64,000 nt of DNA, taken from Chloroflexales bacterium (GTDB lineage: Bacteria > Chloroflexota > Chloroflexia > Chloroflexales > Roseiflexaceae). A program made the translations under genes and the position numbers. This document shows, piece by piece, positions 1-10,367 of the stretch. Every line of letters begins with the position of its first letter. Position 1 is the stretch's first letter. The DNA is taken from positions 460 to 64,459 of the forward strand of contig JBBQSD010000016.1 of assembly GCA_038214135.1 (NCBI GenBank), written 5' to 3'. Under the pieces are notes generated by a model. That model was not told the origin of the DNA. It did no database searches and worked only from the letters and a program-made list of their open reading frames with translations.

Positions 1-867
1 ATAGATGTTATGCATATGCACAACGGGTACTATCGTGGCCAGATGCTATCCTATTTTGCTGCACGACTAGCAGGCGTGCAGCGAGTGTATGTCACTGAGC
101 ATCTCGTCCCACAGCAACCCGAGCTTGCGCACCACACACTCATGCGTAACTGGTTTGTTCGCTCGATCGATGGATTGATCTGTGTGTCGCAGAAGAACTA
201 CCAGGGGCGGGCAAAGTTCCTCTACACACCACCAGATCGTACGCATATTGTCGAGAATGGTATCGACACCGATGACTTCCAAGAAATCCCGCAGGCACTG
301 TTGACGAGCCTACGCCAGCAATACCAGATCCCACAAGATGCTCAAATCATCGGTACATTGGTACGCTTCGAGCCGGAAAAAGGTCTTAGCTACCTGATTG
401 ATGCAATGGCACAGATTCGAGCAGCCTGCCCGCGAGCACATCTCCTGATGGTCGGCGATGGCTCGTTGCGAGAGGAACTCGCCGCACAGGCTGCACACTT
501 GGGCATAAGTGAGTATGTTCACTTTGTTGGCTTCCAGACAGAACCGCGGCCATATCTTGGTTTGATGGATGTGTTCGCACTTCCAGTTCCAGTTGGGTCA
601 ATGTCGATTGCGCTGCTTGAGGCAATGGCAATGCGCCGTGCAGTCGTTATGACATTTGGTGGTGAGGGCGAGGCAGTCGTGCATGGCCAGACAGGGTTAT
701 GCGCCGAGCCACGCAACCCAACCGCACTTGCCGATGCGATCATTAGCATTCTGCAGAGCGATACCCTACGACTGAAACTCGGGAATGCAGCACGACAGCA
801 CGTTGAAGATCATTTCTCGGCCGCAACAACTGCGCGTAAGCTAGAGAAGCTCTATAGCCGCTTGTGA
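1..867 (+). CDS. glycosyltransferase, GT-B fold (GT4-like), 3' portion; 5' end outside window
   Basis: The frame is open from base 1 into ORF 10..867. C-terminal GT-B motifs are present: RFEPEKG, LLMVGDGSLREEL, LLEAMAMRRAVV (E-x7-E-like). Confidence 0.8.
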   Translation: MDVMHMHNGYYRGQMLSYFAARLAGVQRVYVTEHLVPQQPELAHHTLMRNWFVRSIDGLICVSQKNYQGRAKFLYTPPDRTHIVENGIDTDDFQEIPQALLTSLRQQYQIPQDAQIIGTLVRFEPEKGLSYLIDAMAQIRAACPRAHLLMVGDGSLREELAAQAAHLGISEYVHFVGFQTEPRPYLGLMDVFALPVPVGSMSIALLEAMAMRRAVVMTFGGEGEAVVHGQTGLCAEPRNPTALADAIISILQSDTLRLKLGNAARQHVEDHFSAATTARKLEKLYSRL

Positions 868-885
868 TAATTATACGCCTAAAGT

Positions 886-923
886 GCAGATCATCCTAGA
901 TTGATGGCATTCCGATGATCTGC
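886..923. terminator. 10-bp inverted repeat between convergent genes (possible terminator)
   Basis: GCAGATCATC (886-895) pairs with GATGATCTGC (914-923) across an 18-nt loop. There is no clear U-tract. Confidence 0.3.
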
Positions 924-1016
924 CATAACCCAACCAAGCATAAGCACCTCCTGTGCGGCAATCGCAGCAGGCGCTTTGTTGTGTGAACGCACCCACCGCC
1001 TGTATGGCACGCCGCC

Positions 1017-2537
1017 TCATTCCTGCCGCCGTTGCCGGTATTGGAGTGCTTCGGCCAGGTGTGCTGCAGCAATCGCATCGGCTCCGGCAAGATCTGCGAT
1101 TGTGCGCGCTAGTTTGAGCACCCGATGATAGGCCCGCCCAGAGAGTTGCAGTTGGCGCATGGCTGCCTGCATCAGCCGCTGGGCTGCTGCATCCAATTGG
1201 CACAGTTCGCGGACTTCTGCAGCACCCATATCGGCATTTGCGAGGCAATGCGCGATGCGCCGGAAGCGCATTCGTTGGCGCTCCCTAGCAGCACCAACCC
1301 GCGCACGAATAGCAGCAGATGGCTCACCCAGGGCCGTTCCGTTGAGCTTCTCATACTGCACACGCGGGACATCCACATACATATCGATGCGATCTAGTAA
1401 TGGCCCTGAAACCCGCCGCTGGTAGCGTGCCACCGCCGCTGGCGTACACGTACAGGTGCGCTCTGGATCGCCATACCAACCGCATATACAGGGATTCTGG
1501 GCGGCGATAAGCATGAAGGCGGCTGGATAGGTGATACTGCCAGATGCGCGTGATATTGTGACTGTACGATCCTCGATTGGTTGGCGGAGGACATCGAGCT
1601 TGCTGCCGAATTCGGGCAATTCATCCAGAAATAATACTCCGCGATGCGCCAGGGAAACCATTCCAGGCCGGATTTTACCAGCACCACCACCGACAAGGCC
1701 AGCCAATGAGGTTGTATGGTGTGGGGCACAGAATGGGCGTTGCCGGATCAATGGTGTGTCGCGGGGTAACATGCCACTCACACTATAGATCTTCGTGACA
1801 TCCAGGGCTTCGTTGAGGCTCAGTGGTGGCAAAATCGAGACGAGCGCACGGGCCATGAGCGTTTTGCCTGCCCCTGGGCTGCCAGACATGAGCAGATTGT
1901 GTTGGCCAGCAGCAGCAACTTCTAGCGCACGTTTGACATGTTCCTGGCCTTTGACATCGCGGAAGTCGATGTGATACTGTGGTTCTTCTGGTTGGTTCGG
2001 CACGCTGGGCTGGTATGGAGCCAGGAGTGTATCGCCAACCAGATGCCGAGCCAGTTGGCCGAGTGTTGGCACAGGAATAACCTGTGGCCCTTCAATCAGC
2101 GCCGCTTCGGCAGCATCCTCAGCTGGAACGAACACCCGCCGTATTCCGTGATCACGGGCGATTGCGACCATTGGCAAGACACCATCGGTATGGCGAACAC
2201 TGCCATCCAACCCAAGTTCACCAATGAAGATGGCATCCCGGGTTTCGGCAGTGATCTGACCAGAGGCGATCAGCAGGCCAACGGCAATTGGCAGATCGTA
2301 TGACGGCCCGGCCTTGCGAAGATCGGCGGGGGCGAGATTTACAGTGATGCGCTTCATTGGGAAACTGGCCCCTGATGTACGAACTGCTGCACGCACCCGT
2401 TCACGGCTCTCCTGCACCGCAGTATCGCCCAACCCGACAATAGTGAGCGCTGGCAATCCTTCGCTGATATAGACTTCTACCTCAACCGGCAATCCTTCGA
2501 GGCCTACAACAGCACAACTACGAACCTTGGCTAACAT
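1017..2537 (-). CDS. comM: YifB/ComM family Mg-chelatase-like AAA+ ATPase
   Basis: 506 aa. The N-terminal domain VGLEGLPVEVEV...LTIVGLGD is typical of the family. Walker A is GSPGAGKT and Walker B is VLFLDELPEF. The start is ATG at 2537. Confidence 0.9.
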   Translation of the reverse strand: MLAKVRSCAVVGLEGLPVEVEVYISEGLPALTIVGLGDTAVQESRERVRAAVRTSGASFPMKRITVNLAPADLRKAGPSYDLPIAVGLLIASGQITAETRDAIFIGELGLDGSVRHTDGVLPMVAIARDHGIRRVFVPAEDAAEAALIEGPQVIPVPTLGQLARHLVGDTLLAPYQPSVPNQPEEPQYHIDFRDVKGQEHVKRALEVAAAGQHNLLMSGSPGAGKTLMARALVSILPPLSLNEALDVTKIYSVSGMLPRDTPLIRQRPFCAPHHTTSLAGLVGGGAGKIRPGMVSLAHRGVLFLDELPEFGSKLDVLRQPIEDRTVTISRASGSITYPAAFMLIAAQNPCICGWYGDPERTCTCTPAAVARYQRRVSGPLLDRIDMYVDVPRVQYEKLNGTALGEPSAAIRARVGAARERQRMRFRRIAHCLANADMGAAEVRELCQLDAAAQRLMQAAMRQLQLSGRAYHRVLKLARTIADLAGADAIAAAHLAEALQYRQRRQE

Positions 2538-3219
2538 GACTCTTCCCTTCTATTTATTTTCATGTGAGGGCAGCAAGCTGTCCCTCACATGAAAGAATAT
2601 TATTTGGGAACCTGCGGCTCCCAAACCTTGTTCGCGAGCTATTTAAAGGAGGCAGATGTGGAATGCGCAAGCCAGGCTTGCGCATTCCATACAACGATGA
2701 GCGACGTTCATCGCCGAAATTCATGAGCAGAGCTTAAAAGAATGATTGTGATGAACACCGCTCCATAGTGGCGATGCTCACGTGTGCTACCGAATGAATG
2801 TGTGGGTGGGTTGCGGGTCCTGTGGCGGGATGGGGACGAATGGAGGATGGGTGCGATGGATTTGTATGGCCAATTACCGAATTTATCGATTAACTGATTG
2901 GAACGGTGACTATTCTTGACAAGGTGGCCTGGTGACAAAGTGAATGTGCTTGATTGATGTGGTACGACTGCGATCAAACATGTGTCACCGTGTCACCCCT
3001 TCATCGTGCCAGTGGGGCACCCCTTTACTATGCCAGATTGTCAGGTATCACCGTGGATCGCCTTGAACAGCGAATGAAAGAGGCATGCGCCACGATGGCC
3101 TGATGGCCACGGTGTTCGCTTTCTTCCAGAAAAAAAAGCAGCATGCTTTAGAGATGCGCGCAACCATCCTGTACCGCACAGGCTTCAACATGCACCAAAG
3201 CTGATAGCTGACGGCTCAC

Positions 3220-3256
3220 CCAAATAGAAACAGGATGCGGAGTTGCCTCCACATCC
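3220..3256 (-). terminator. intrinsic terminator of pckG
   Basis: Minus strand GGATGTGGAG-GCAA-CTCCGCATCC (10 bp, one G-U) is followed by TGTTTCTATTTGG. It lies ~25 nt after the pckG stop. Confidence 0.65.
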
Positions 3257-3282
3257 CGTTGCGATGCCGATGTTATATAGGT

Positions 3283-5172
3283 TTATTCGTGGGCCATTTC
3301 CCAGTGCGATGGCGAGCGCCATAGGCTGGAGAGGATCAGTTCGCGCATGAACAGCAGTTCCTTGGGCAGGCGATTGTACAGCCGGAAGAACAGTTCATCG
3401 TGCGAGAGAATTTCCTGTTGCCAGGCCTGCCGATCGATCGACATCATGTCGTTGAATTGCTCCATCGAGAAACTTTCGAGGCCCTGCCAATCCAGATCCT
3501 CATAACGCGGCACCCAGCCGAGTGGGCTTTCCAGGCTGACGGCCTGACCATTTGCGCGGCCAACGATCCATTTGAGGACGCGCATGTTCTCGCCGAACCC
3601 TGGCCAGATGAAGTTGCCATCTTTATCGGTGCGGAACCAGTTGACGCCGAAAATACGCGGTGGGTTTGGCAGCATGCGCCCGAACTGCAACCAGTGGCTG
3701 AAGTAATCGGCCATGTGGTAGCCACAGAATGGCAGCATGGCCATTGGATCGCGGCGAACCTCGCCGAGCTTCCCAGCAGCAGCAGCGGTCGTCTCTGAGC
3801 CCATGGTTGCGGCCATGTAGACGCCATACATCCAGTTGAATGATTGATAGACCAGCGGAACGACACTACTGCGGCGACCGCCAAAGATGAAGGCTTTGAT
3901 CGGCACACCGCGTGGGTTCTCCCAATCTGGGTCGATCGATGGGCACTGGCTGGCTGGCGCGGTGAAGCGTGAGTTGGCGTGCGAGGATTTGCGGCCAGAT
4001 GCTGGCGTCCAATCCTGGCCCTGCCAGTCGATCAGATGCACCGGCAGCTCTTTGGTCATGCCTTCCCACCACACATCGCCATCATCGGTCAGGGCGACAT
4101 TGGTAAAGATTGTGTTGGAACGAATGGTTGCCATGGCATTCGGGTTGGATTTTTCCGAGGTGCCTGGTGCGACGCCAAAGTAGCCTGCTTCGGGATTGAT
4201 TGCATAGATCTGACCATCCGGGCCGGGCTTGATCCAGGCAATATCATCGCCAACCGTCGTAATCTTCCAGCCATCGAAGGCTTTGGGCGGGATCAGCATA
4301 GCAAAATTCGTTTTACCACAGGCGCTTGGGAATGCAGCGGCGATATAGGTTTTGCGGCCATTTGGCTCGTGAACGCCAAGGATGAGCATATGCTCGGCTA
4401 GCCAGCCGTTATCACGGGCCAGTACTGAGGCGATCCGCAATGCGAAACATTTCTTGCCAAGCAGGGCATTGCCACCATAGCCGGAGCCATACGACCAGAT
4501 CGAGCGCTCTTCTGGGAAATGAACAATATACTTCTGGTCCTTATTACACGGCCAACTGACATCGGCCTGACCATTGACAAGCGGCATACCGACGGAGTGC
4601 AAACAGGGGATGAATTCGCCATCGCCAAGTGCTTCGAGTACCTTCTGGCCCATACGGGTCATAATCCGCATGTTGACAGCAACATATGGTGAGTCAGTCA
4701 GTTCAATGCCAATATGCGAAAGCGGCGAACCAATTGGCCCCATGCTGAAGGGGACGACATACATGGTGCGACCGACCATACTGCCATCGAACAGGCCAGC
4801 CAGCTTGGCCTTCATTTCCTTGGGGGGCATCCAGTTATTGGTTGGGCCAGAATCATCCTTGCTCAGGCTACATATATAGGTGCGATCCTCAACACGAGCG
4901 ACATCGCTTGGATCGGAGCGCGCCAAGAAGCTATTTGGGCGCTTCTCTGGATTGAGCCTGATGAATGTGCCTTGGTCCACCAACAACTGGCAGAGTTCAT
5001 CATATTCGGCCTGCGAGCCATCACACCAGCGAACATTCTCTGGCTTGCAGAGTGCGACCATATCGATCACCCAATCACGCAGTTCTGGATTTGTGAGCGT
5101 GTCGGGGATATTTGCGAAGTGTGCGGCATCTGTGATCACGGCAGTGTTGGTCATAATCTTCGGGATCTCCAT
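3283..5172 (-). CDS. pckG: phosphoenolpyruvate carboxykinase (GTP)
   Basis: GTP-PEPCK signatures are FPSACGKTN and [19 protein letters not shown] moved the start to ATG 5172 (MEIPKIM...), which has GAGGAGG 5 nt upstream. The track start at 5280 has no SD. Confidence 0.9.
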   Translation of the reverse strand: MEIPKIMTNTAVITDAAHFANIPDTLTNPELRDWVIDMVALCKPENVRWCDGSQAEYDELCQLLVDQGTFIRLNPEKRPNSFLARSDPSDVARVEDRTYICSLSKDDSGPTNNWMPPKEMKAKLAGLFDGSMVGRTMYVVPFSMGPIGSPLSHIGIELTDSPYVAVNMRIMTRMGQKVLEALGDGEFIPCLHSVGMPLVNGQADVSWPCNKDQKYIVHFPEERSIWSYGSGYGGNALLGKKCFALRIASVLARDNGWLAEHMLILGVHEPNGRKTYIAAAFPSACGKTNFAMLIPPKAFDGWKITTVGDDIAWIKPGPDGQIYAINPEAGYFGVAPGTSEKSNPNAMATIRSNTIFTNVALTDDGDVWWEGMTKELPVHLIDWQGQDWTPASGRKSSHANSRFTAPASQCPSIDPDWENPRGVPIKAFIFGGRRSSVVPLVYQSFNWMYGVYMAATMGSETTAAAAGKLGEVRRDPMAMLPFCGYHMADYFSHWLQFGRMLPNPPRIFGVNWFRTDKDGNFIWPGFGENMRVLKWIVGRANGQAVSLESPLGWVPRYEDLDWQGLESFSMEQFNDMMSIDRQAWQQEILSHDELFFRLYNRLPKELLFMRELILSSLWRSPSHWEMAHE

Positions 5173-5370
5173 TGGTTCCTCCTCATTGCTTCGTCCGATG
5201 GGGTGGGAAACAACCCAATTCATCACATGTATCAATTGGTTTACTTCTGATGCGGCGAAGAACACGAATGATACTACCATAGCAATATCATGTGAGGCGA
5301 GAACTAATCGCCATTGCGCGAGAATAAATCGTAACTAGAATGCCGCGAGCTGATAATCTTTTACACCTGA

Positions 5371-5458
5371 ATCGGGTATGAATCGCTTACCCACCGCGGG
5401 CTGAAGCCGCGCGGCTATGGGTTCGTTTGCCCTTTGCCGCAGGCTTCAGCCTGCGGAT
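5371..5458 (+). repeat. ~90-bp double-hairpin intergenic repeat, copy 1 of 3
   Basis: ATCGGGTAT...CCACCGCGGGCTGAAGCCGCGCGGCTATGG...GCCGCAGGCTTCAGCCTGCGGAT. It is near-identical to 20445-20537 and 29967-30057, all in the same orientation. Confidence 0.85.
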
Positions 5459-7239
5459 GGAGAGGAATCCGACATTATCTCGCATACAGCAGCCCATGTC
5501 AGATATTCGTTCTGATCGGCAGGTAGATGCAGATCGAACTGATCGGCGGCAACCCGTACTGCCTCTCGTTCAACGCTCATGAGCCTTTCATCGGGCAGGA
5601 TATTGAGTGATCGTGAACGCGGCCCTTCCGACACGATTGCGCCAGCCACACACAGGTGCTGGGTCAGTTCAAACAGCGGGTGATCATATGGAACATCAAG
5701 CGTCCAGGCAAGTGGGATGCCACGCTTCAGGAGCAGCGACTGCAGGCGCATACGCCGCCTGGAATCGGCATGAACGTGTGCTGGGTCTAGATTCTCGGCG
5801 CAACACATGGCTGCCAATATGCCTGCTGATTCGCCAATATTCCATTCGACGGGATGCAGCCGGTAGGCCCCATTGCTCAGATGGGTTGTACCAATATTCT
5901 TACAGGCTGCCAGCAGATTACGAACGCGCTGTGGGATCAGGGCACCAAGCGGAATCTGGAATGGCTTGGTCGGCTCATAGCGATCAATCGGGTTGCCATT
6001 GGCGGGATGCACATCCATATGATACCAGCCAATGCCAACGCTATCACGGTGATTGATGGCGCGGGCAGAATCCTGGCCAACATCGAGAATATCGGTCGCG
6101 AGGATGCGGGTGCGGGCGACGATCCGGCGCGATTCACGGATATATGGCGCTTTGGAAAGCCCATCGGCAGTACCCATCACCTCTGGCAATAGGCGCATGC
6201 CAGGGTAGCCAAACCCAGAACCATCATCACGTGGGCATTCGGTTTGCAGCCAGTACAAAAATCCAAGCGAGAGATTGCGGGCTTCGTGGAGCAAATGGGC
6301 GCGTTCGGGATGATCGGCCCCAAGAATATCGCCGTGATGATAATCGTTGCCAGGCCAGTTGATCATGGCGATATCACGCGCTTGTCCAGATGAATCAAGG
6401 GAGCCATCAAGCAGGCGGCGGTAGGTCCAGAATGGCGGCAAGCCGGTCGGGCTGTGTTCAAACACCCGAAACGGGCGTGGCGGGCCACTGCGATGCGCTA
6501 GGGTCAGCGTGTATGGTTGAGTGGCGCAAAAATATTCATAGCCAGCTGGTTTGGGAATGGTATGATCCTCGCCGGGGCAATATTCAACTGCGAATGGAAA
6601 CGTAAAGCCCTGCACCTCGGTTGGGCGTGGCGGGCCAGCAGGCGCGAATGGTTCGGCAGTATCATCGAATGATTCAGCACCCGTCACATATTCTGCACCA
6701 ACAAGCGGCAGCAGATCGCCAAGATCAGTCGCATCCAAAAACATGTTCGCTACAATAATTATTTCTGAGTTGGTACCTGCGGCAAGTGTGACGCTGCGAA
6801 TCGTATCCTGCTCCACTTCGGCAGCTATTAGCTCAACGCCATACAGGATCGTTAAGCGCCCAGATTCAATGTGCGCTGCCAGCATCGCTTCGAGCGCATG
6901 CGCGCCGACAATCGGTTCAAAACAGAGGTTACTGACCCATCCATTGCCTGGGTTGAGTGGTGCGCCATTGGGCATTCGTTCAATGCCAAAGCGGATGCGA
7001 TAGTGGCTGCGGATGCGCTCACGCAGTTCGTAGTATGTACGGGTACCGCCGAATGTTTCGATATAGGGGTGCTCATCGAGTGCCGATGTGCCCTGGCTGG
7101 TCATCTGGCCACCAAGCCAATCGGTGCTTTCCGTCAGAACAACCGAAGCGCCAGTAGCACAGGCAGATAACGCAGCAGCAACGCCACCAAGGCCACCGCC
7201 GATAATCGCAATATCGCAGTTGAGGGTGTCAGTGCTCAT
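5446..7239 (-). CDS. FAD-dependent oxidoreductase (FAD_oxidored/PF12831-like)
   Basis: Dinucleotide fold DIAIIGGGLGGVAAALSA...TESTDWLGGQ. I set the start to ATG 7239 (MSTDTL), which overlaps the upstream stop (ATGAGCACTGA). The last codons and the TGA lie inside repeat copy 1. Confidence 0.75.
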   Translation of the reverse strand: MSTDTLNCDIAIIGGGLGGVAAALSACATGASVVLTESTDWLGGQMTSQGTSALDEHPYIETFGGTRTYYELRERIRSHYRIRFGIERMPNGAPLNPGNGWVSNLCFEPIVGAHALEAMLAAHIESGRLTILYGVELIAAEVEQDTIRSVTLAAGTNSEIIIVANMFLDATDLGDLLPLVGAEYVTGAESFDDTAEPFAPAGPPRPTEVQGFTFPFAVEYCPGEDHTIPKPAGYEYFCATQPYTLTLAHRSGPPRPFRVFEHSPTGLPPFWTYRRLLDGSLDSSGQARDIAMINWPGNDYHHGDILGADHPERAHLLHEARNLSLGFLYWLQTECPRDDGSGFGYPGMRLLPEVMGTADGLSKAPYIRESRRIVARTRILATDILDVGQDSARAINHRDSVGIGWYHMDVHPANGNPIDRYEPTKPFQIPLGALIPQRVRNLLAACKNIGTTHLSNGAYRLHPVEWNIGESAGILAAMCCAENLDPAHVHADSRRRMRLQSLLLKRGIPLAWTLDVPYDHPLFELTQHLCVAGAIVSEGPRSRSLNILPDERLMSVEREAVRVAADQFDLHLPADQNEYLTWAAVCEIMSDSSPSAG

Positions 7240-8764
7240 GCTGCTCCAGATCAAAATCGACCTCGAATGTGCGGTTCCATGGCAGCCGCGTATTGGTCAG
7301 CCGCCAGCGCCCAGCAAACCCAGGCAATTCCGCAATCAATGCCGATAACCGTTCGCCAATCCAGCTTGCCGTTTCCGCAACCAGTTCTGGAGTTGGATCA
7401 TCGTGACCAATTGTTTGCATGAGCCAATCGCGGGCCTGGCGGCGGACAACCTGTTGATAGCCCCAATCCTCAAGATAGTGATGCAACAGAAACTGTTCGG
7501 CGGCCTGTTTGCGCTCTGGCGTGGTAGCATCAAGCGCAGCGCAGCCCTGAGCGAGCGCAGTACCAATTGTGTTGCCAGCCGTATTCCATGCGCCATAACC
7601 GGCCAGCGTACGCAGATCAATTACATCCCGCAAGACCTCAAAGAATACCGGATCGGCCCCATTCGGGTAGGCAATATCGGCGACAATCACCCGCTGCCCT
7701 ATGGCAACCCGCCGTACAATCTCCGCACTCAGCGCACGCAACTGTGGCAGGCGCTGCTCACGCTCTGCTTCAGCAAATTCCGTGCTCCATTCACTACGGC
7801 GCGGCACTGGCGTTACTACAGCCAACACAAGATCGGCATCATCGGGTGCGGCCAACACACCACCAACAGCGCGAATCTGGCGTTCGATGGTGATCCGCGC
7901 CGGGCCATCTTCGTATGGCGCTGTGATCTCGGCACCAGCGACGTCATCATAGATCGGTGCGATTCGCGGGGTGCGCCTAGCATTCGTGTTGAGCTGGCGT
8001 GCCAGTAACACACAACCAACCTCATCGGCACCAGGGTACATGAGCAATTGATCGACAGGAGAGGTAATAGCCGACACATCGTCCAACAGGCCTAGCCGAC
8101 CGGCTAATTCGGCCAGCCATGCCTTCTCACGGGTACCCAGACCATAGGCGCTGGTATCATCCGAACTGAGCACAAACAGATCAAAGATCCCATCGGCAAG
8201 CATGTGCAATGCAGCGGCATTCAGGGTATGGTTGCGATGCCGCCGCCATAGGAAATCGTGCATGTGTTCGGCAGGAATCTCGGCGCGGAGTGCTGCAAGC
8301 TGCGCCTGAACCGCTTCCCCACGCAAGGCCCGATCACTGAGCTGTGAGAAACGATATAATCGCGTGCCATAGGTCGCCCAGTACAGCGGCTCTTCGATAC
8401 TATCATCGGCATTCGAAATCCGCGTGATCACCTGAAAGGCCAAGAGTGGCAGCGCTGGATGCGTCGCACGTAACTCACGCAGCAGATCAAGGCGAGCAAT
8501 CGCAATGGCGAGTGGATCGGTGGTAGTACGCGAGGCAATCAGGCCACCAAAGGCCAGCATTTCGAGATCAACAATGAGCGCATCCAGCCTACCATATTCC
8601 GTTTGTAGCCATTCGGCCAGGGCCACACAGTTGGCAGGAGTGCGTTGCTTGCTGAGAATAGCGAATGGTGGCATGGCCAGTTCCACACCAGCGATCCGCG
8701 CAATCATCATCGGATGGCGGGTATTCACAGGCCGCTCATCAAGCGGAATCAGGCCAATTCGCAT
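7229..8764 (-). CDS. DUF4127 family protein
   Basis: The N-terminus MRIGLIPLDERPVNTRHP...LEMLAFGGLIASR matches my memory of the DUF4127 signature (PLDERP, GGL.SR). It is translationally coupled to the downstream FAD oxidoreductase. Confidence 0.65.
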   Translation of the reverse strand: MRIGLIPLDERPVNTRHPMMIARIAGVELAMPPFAILSKQRTPANCVALAEWLQTEYGRLDALIVDLEMLAFGGLIASRTTTDPLAIAIARLDLLRELRATHPALPLLAFQVITRISNADDSIEEPLYWATYGTRLYRFSQLSDRALRGEAVQAQLAALRAEIPAEHMHDFLWRRHRNHTLNAAALHMLADGIFDLFVLSSDDTSAYGLGTREKAWLAELAGRLGLLDDVSAITSPVDQLLMYPGADEVGCVLLARQLNTNARRTPRIAPIYDDVAGAEITAPYEDGPARITIERQIRAVGGVLAAPDDADLVLAVVTPVPRRSEWSTEFAEAEREQRLPQLRALSAEIVRRVAIGQRVIVADIAYPNGADPVFFEVLRDVIDLRTLAGYGAWNTAGNTIGTALAQGCAALDATTPERKQAAEQFLLHHYLEDWGYQQVVRRQARDWLMQTIGHDDPTPELVAETASWIGERLSALIAELPGFAGRWRLTNTRLPWNRTFEVDFDLEQHEH

Positions 8765-8834
8765 ATATTATGTCCATTAGCTATGGATATGTGTCGTAGA
8801 GTGATGGTAGCACTGGCGGGAAGGGGCGTCAACT

Positions 8835-8960
8835 GTCAGGAGTCAGGAGATTCTTTGCCGACACGGTCTTGTAGTTCCGCAGTTCCGCAGTTCCGTGGTT
8901 CTGGTTGGAATTCTAGCTTCTGACTCCTGAATCCTGAATACTTGGTTCTTGGTTCTCGCA
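8835..8960 (+). repeat. STRR-like heptamer inverted-arm element plus conserved ~60-nt core
   Basis: Left arm GTCAGGAGTCAGGAGATTC and right arm TTCTGACTCCTGAATCCTGAATACTTGGTTCTTGGTTCTCG. The core AGGAGATTCTTTGCCGACACGGTC..GTAGTTCCGCAGTTCCG is shared with the 12375 and 13181 loci. Confidence 0.85.
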
Positions 8961-9018
8961 AGACGATCAGGCACATAAAAAGATCTGGTACACTGACGGT
9001 ATTCGATGAGGAGGCTCC

Positions 9019-10341
9019 ATGGATGCCGCACAGGCGAAGCGTATTATTGAGCGCAATGCGACCCGTAATTTTGTTCTGAATGTTCTTGATGGCGGCCTGT
9101 TCTATTTGGGCCTCAGCCTAGTTTCGCGCTATACCGTCATGCCATTGATTGTTGAGCGGCTTTCGGGCGAGCGCTGGATGCAGGGGTTGATTCCGATGCT
9201 GGCGCAGACGGGCTGGTTCTTGCCTGGCCTGTTCATTGCGCCGCTAGTGGCGGCCCGCACCCGCCGCAAGCCCATGCTGCTAACAGCAACACTGGCTGAA
9301 CGGTTCCCATTTCTGATCCTAGGGTTACTCTTGCTGCTGGCACCCAATCTGCCGCCGGGAGTGTTATTAACCCTATTCTTTGTGCTGTTTGCGATCCACT
9401 CATTTAGCGCCGGAGTTGCTGGCATTCCCTGGCAGGATTTCATCTCACGGGTGATTCCCGGCCAGCGATGGGGCATCTTCTTTGGCATCCAGAGTGGCCT
9501 TGGTGGGCTGCTTGGCGTTGGTGGAGCGGTGGTTGCAGGCATTATTCTGGCACCAGCGGCCTTTCCACCAGCAGGATGGTGGCCAGCTGGCTGGCCAGTG
9601 ATTGCACCACAGCCATTCCCACAAACGATTGGCGTGCTGTCGTTGCTGTGCTTTGCGGCCATGGTGCTTTCGTATATCTTCCTGGCTTCGACAGTCGAAC
9701 CGCCACAGGAAGCGGCTCCCAAACAGCGTATTGGCGATTTCCTGCGTGGCGTTGGCCCGCTTTTGCAGCGCGATCCCCACTTTCGCATGTATCTGTTCAG
9801 CCGCATGGCGATTGCACTGGGGCTGCTCGGCCATAGCTTCCTGACGGCAGCGGCGCTGGAGCGTTTCGGCCTAAAAAATGAAGAGATTGCACCATTCACC
9901 GCTGCGCTGCTGGCTTCACAGGCTGTTGCCGATCTACTGTTGGGCTGGCTGGCTGATCGCTGGGGCCATAAACAGGTGCTGGTGCTTTCGACGGCACTTG
10001 GCATGCTGGCGATTTTCATGGCGGTGTTGGCACCAAGCCCTGGTTGGTTCATTATCATCTTCATCCTGGTTGGTGCGGCACAGGCTGGCTATATGCTGAC
10101 GGGCTTTACACTGGTGTTTAGCTTTAGCACGCCAACCGAACGGCCAGCCTATATTGGCGTGGCCAATACTGCGATTGCTCCGGTTGCGATTGCAGGGCCG
10201 CTGCTGGCCGGCTGGCTGGCAGAGATAGGCGGGTATAATATATTATTCGTGGTTCTGTGTGTGATAGGCCTGATTGGTATGGCGCTGCTGCATTGGGGAG
10301 TGAATGCACCAGCCAAACAGGTTGCGGTTGAGCCGGGGTAA
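9019..10341 (+). CDS. MFS transporter
   Basis: 440 aa, about 12 hydrophobic segments, with a basic loop ARTRRKP after TM2. SD GAGGAGG lies upstream of the ATG at 9019. Confidence 0.8.
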   Translation: MDAAQAKRIIERNATRNFVLNVLDGGLFYLGLSLVSRYTVMPLIVERLSGERWMQGLIPMLAQTGWFLPGLFIAPLVAARTRRKPMLLTATLAERFPFLILGLLLLLAPNLPPGVLLTLFFVLFAIHSFSAGVAGIPWQDFISRVIPGQRWGIFFGIQSGLGGLLGVGGAVVAGIILAPAAFPPAGWWPAGWPVIAPQPFPQTIGVLSLLCFAAMVLSYIFLASTVEPPQEAAPKQRIGDFLRGVGPLLQRDPHFRMYLFSRMAIALGLLGHSFLTAAALERFGLKNEEIAPFTAALLASQAVADLLLGWLADRWGHKQVLVLSTALGMLAIFMAVLAPSPGWFIIIFILVGAAQAGYMLTGFTLVFSFSTPTERPAYIGVANTAIAPVAIAGPLLAGWLAEIGGYNILFVVLCVIGLIGMALLHWGVNAPAKQVAVEPG

Positions 10342-10367
10342 ACGTTCAGCTATTAGCCACGAAAGCT

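Noticed and set aside
2645-2725. Short ORFs after AAAGGAGG: ATG 2656 (14 aa) or GTG 2658 (22 aa).
   Set aside because: The SD-start spacing is only 3-5 nt and the frames run straight through a perfect palindrome. This is more likely a structural DNA/RNA element than a gene.
2708-2977. An 89-aa ORF between comM and pckG.
   Set aside because: It has no SD and an odd composition (His/Ser/Arg-rich), and I recognised no similarity. It lies in a repeat-containing spacer.
8843-9031. Small ORFs through the heptamer repeats (8843-9031 minus, 13184-13378 minus, the tail of 11829-12428 plus) with similar peptide ends such as ..ELRNCGTT.., ..ENCGTTES.. and ..QESGDS...
   Set aside because: The similarity comes from translating the same DNA repeat. 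The ORFs have no SD, and they fall in different contexts and frames.
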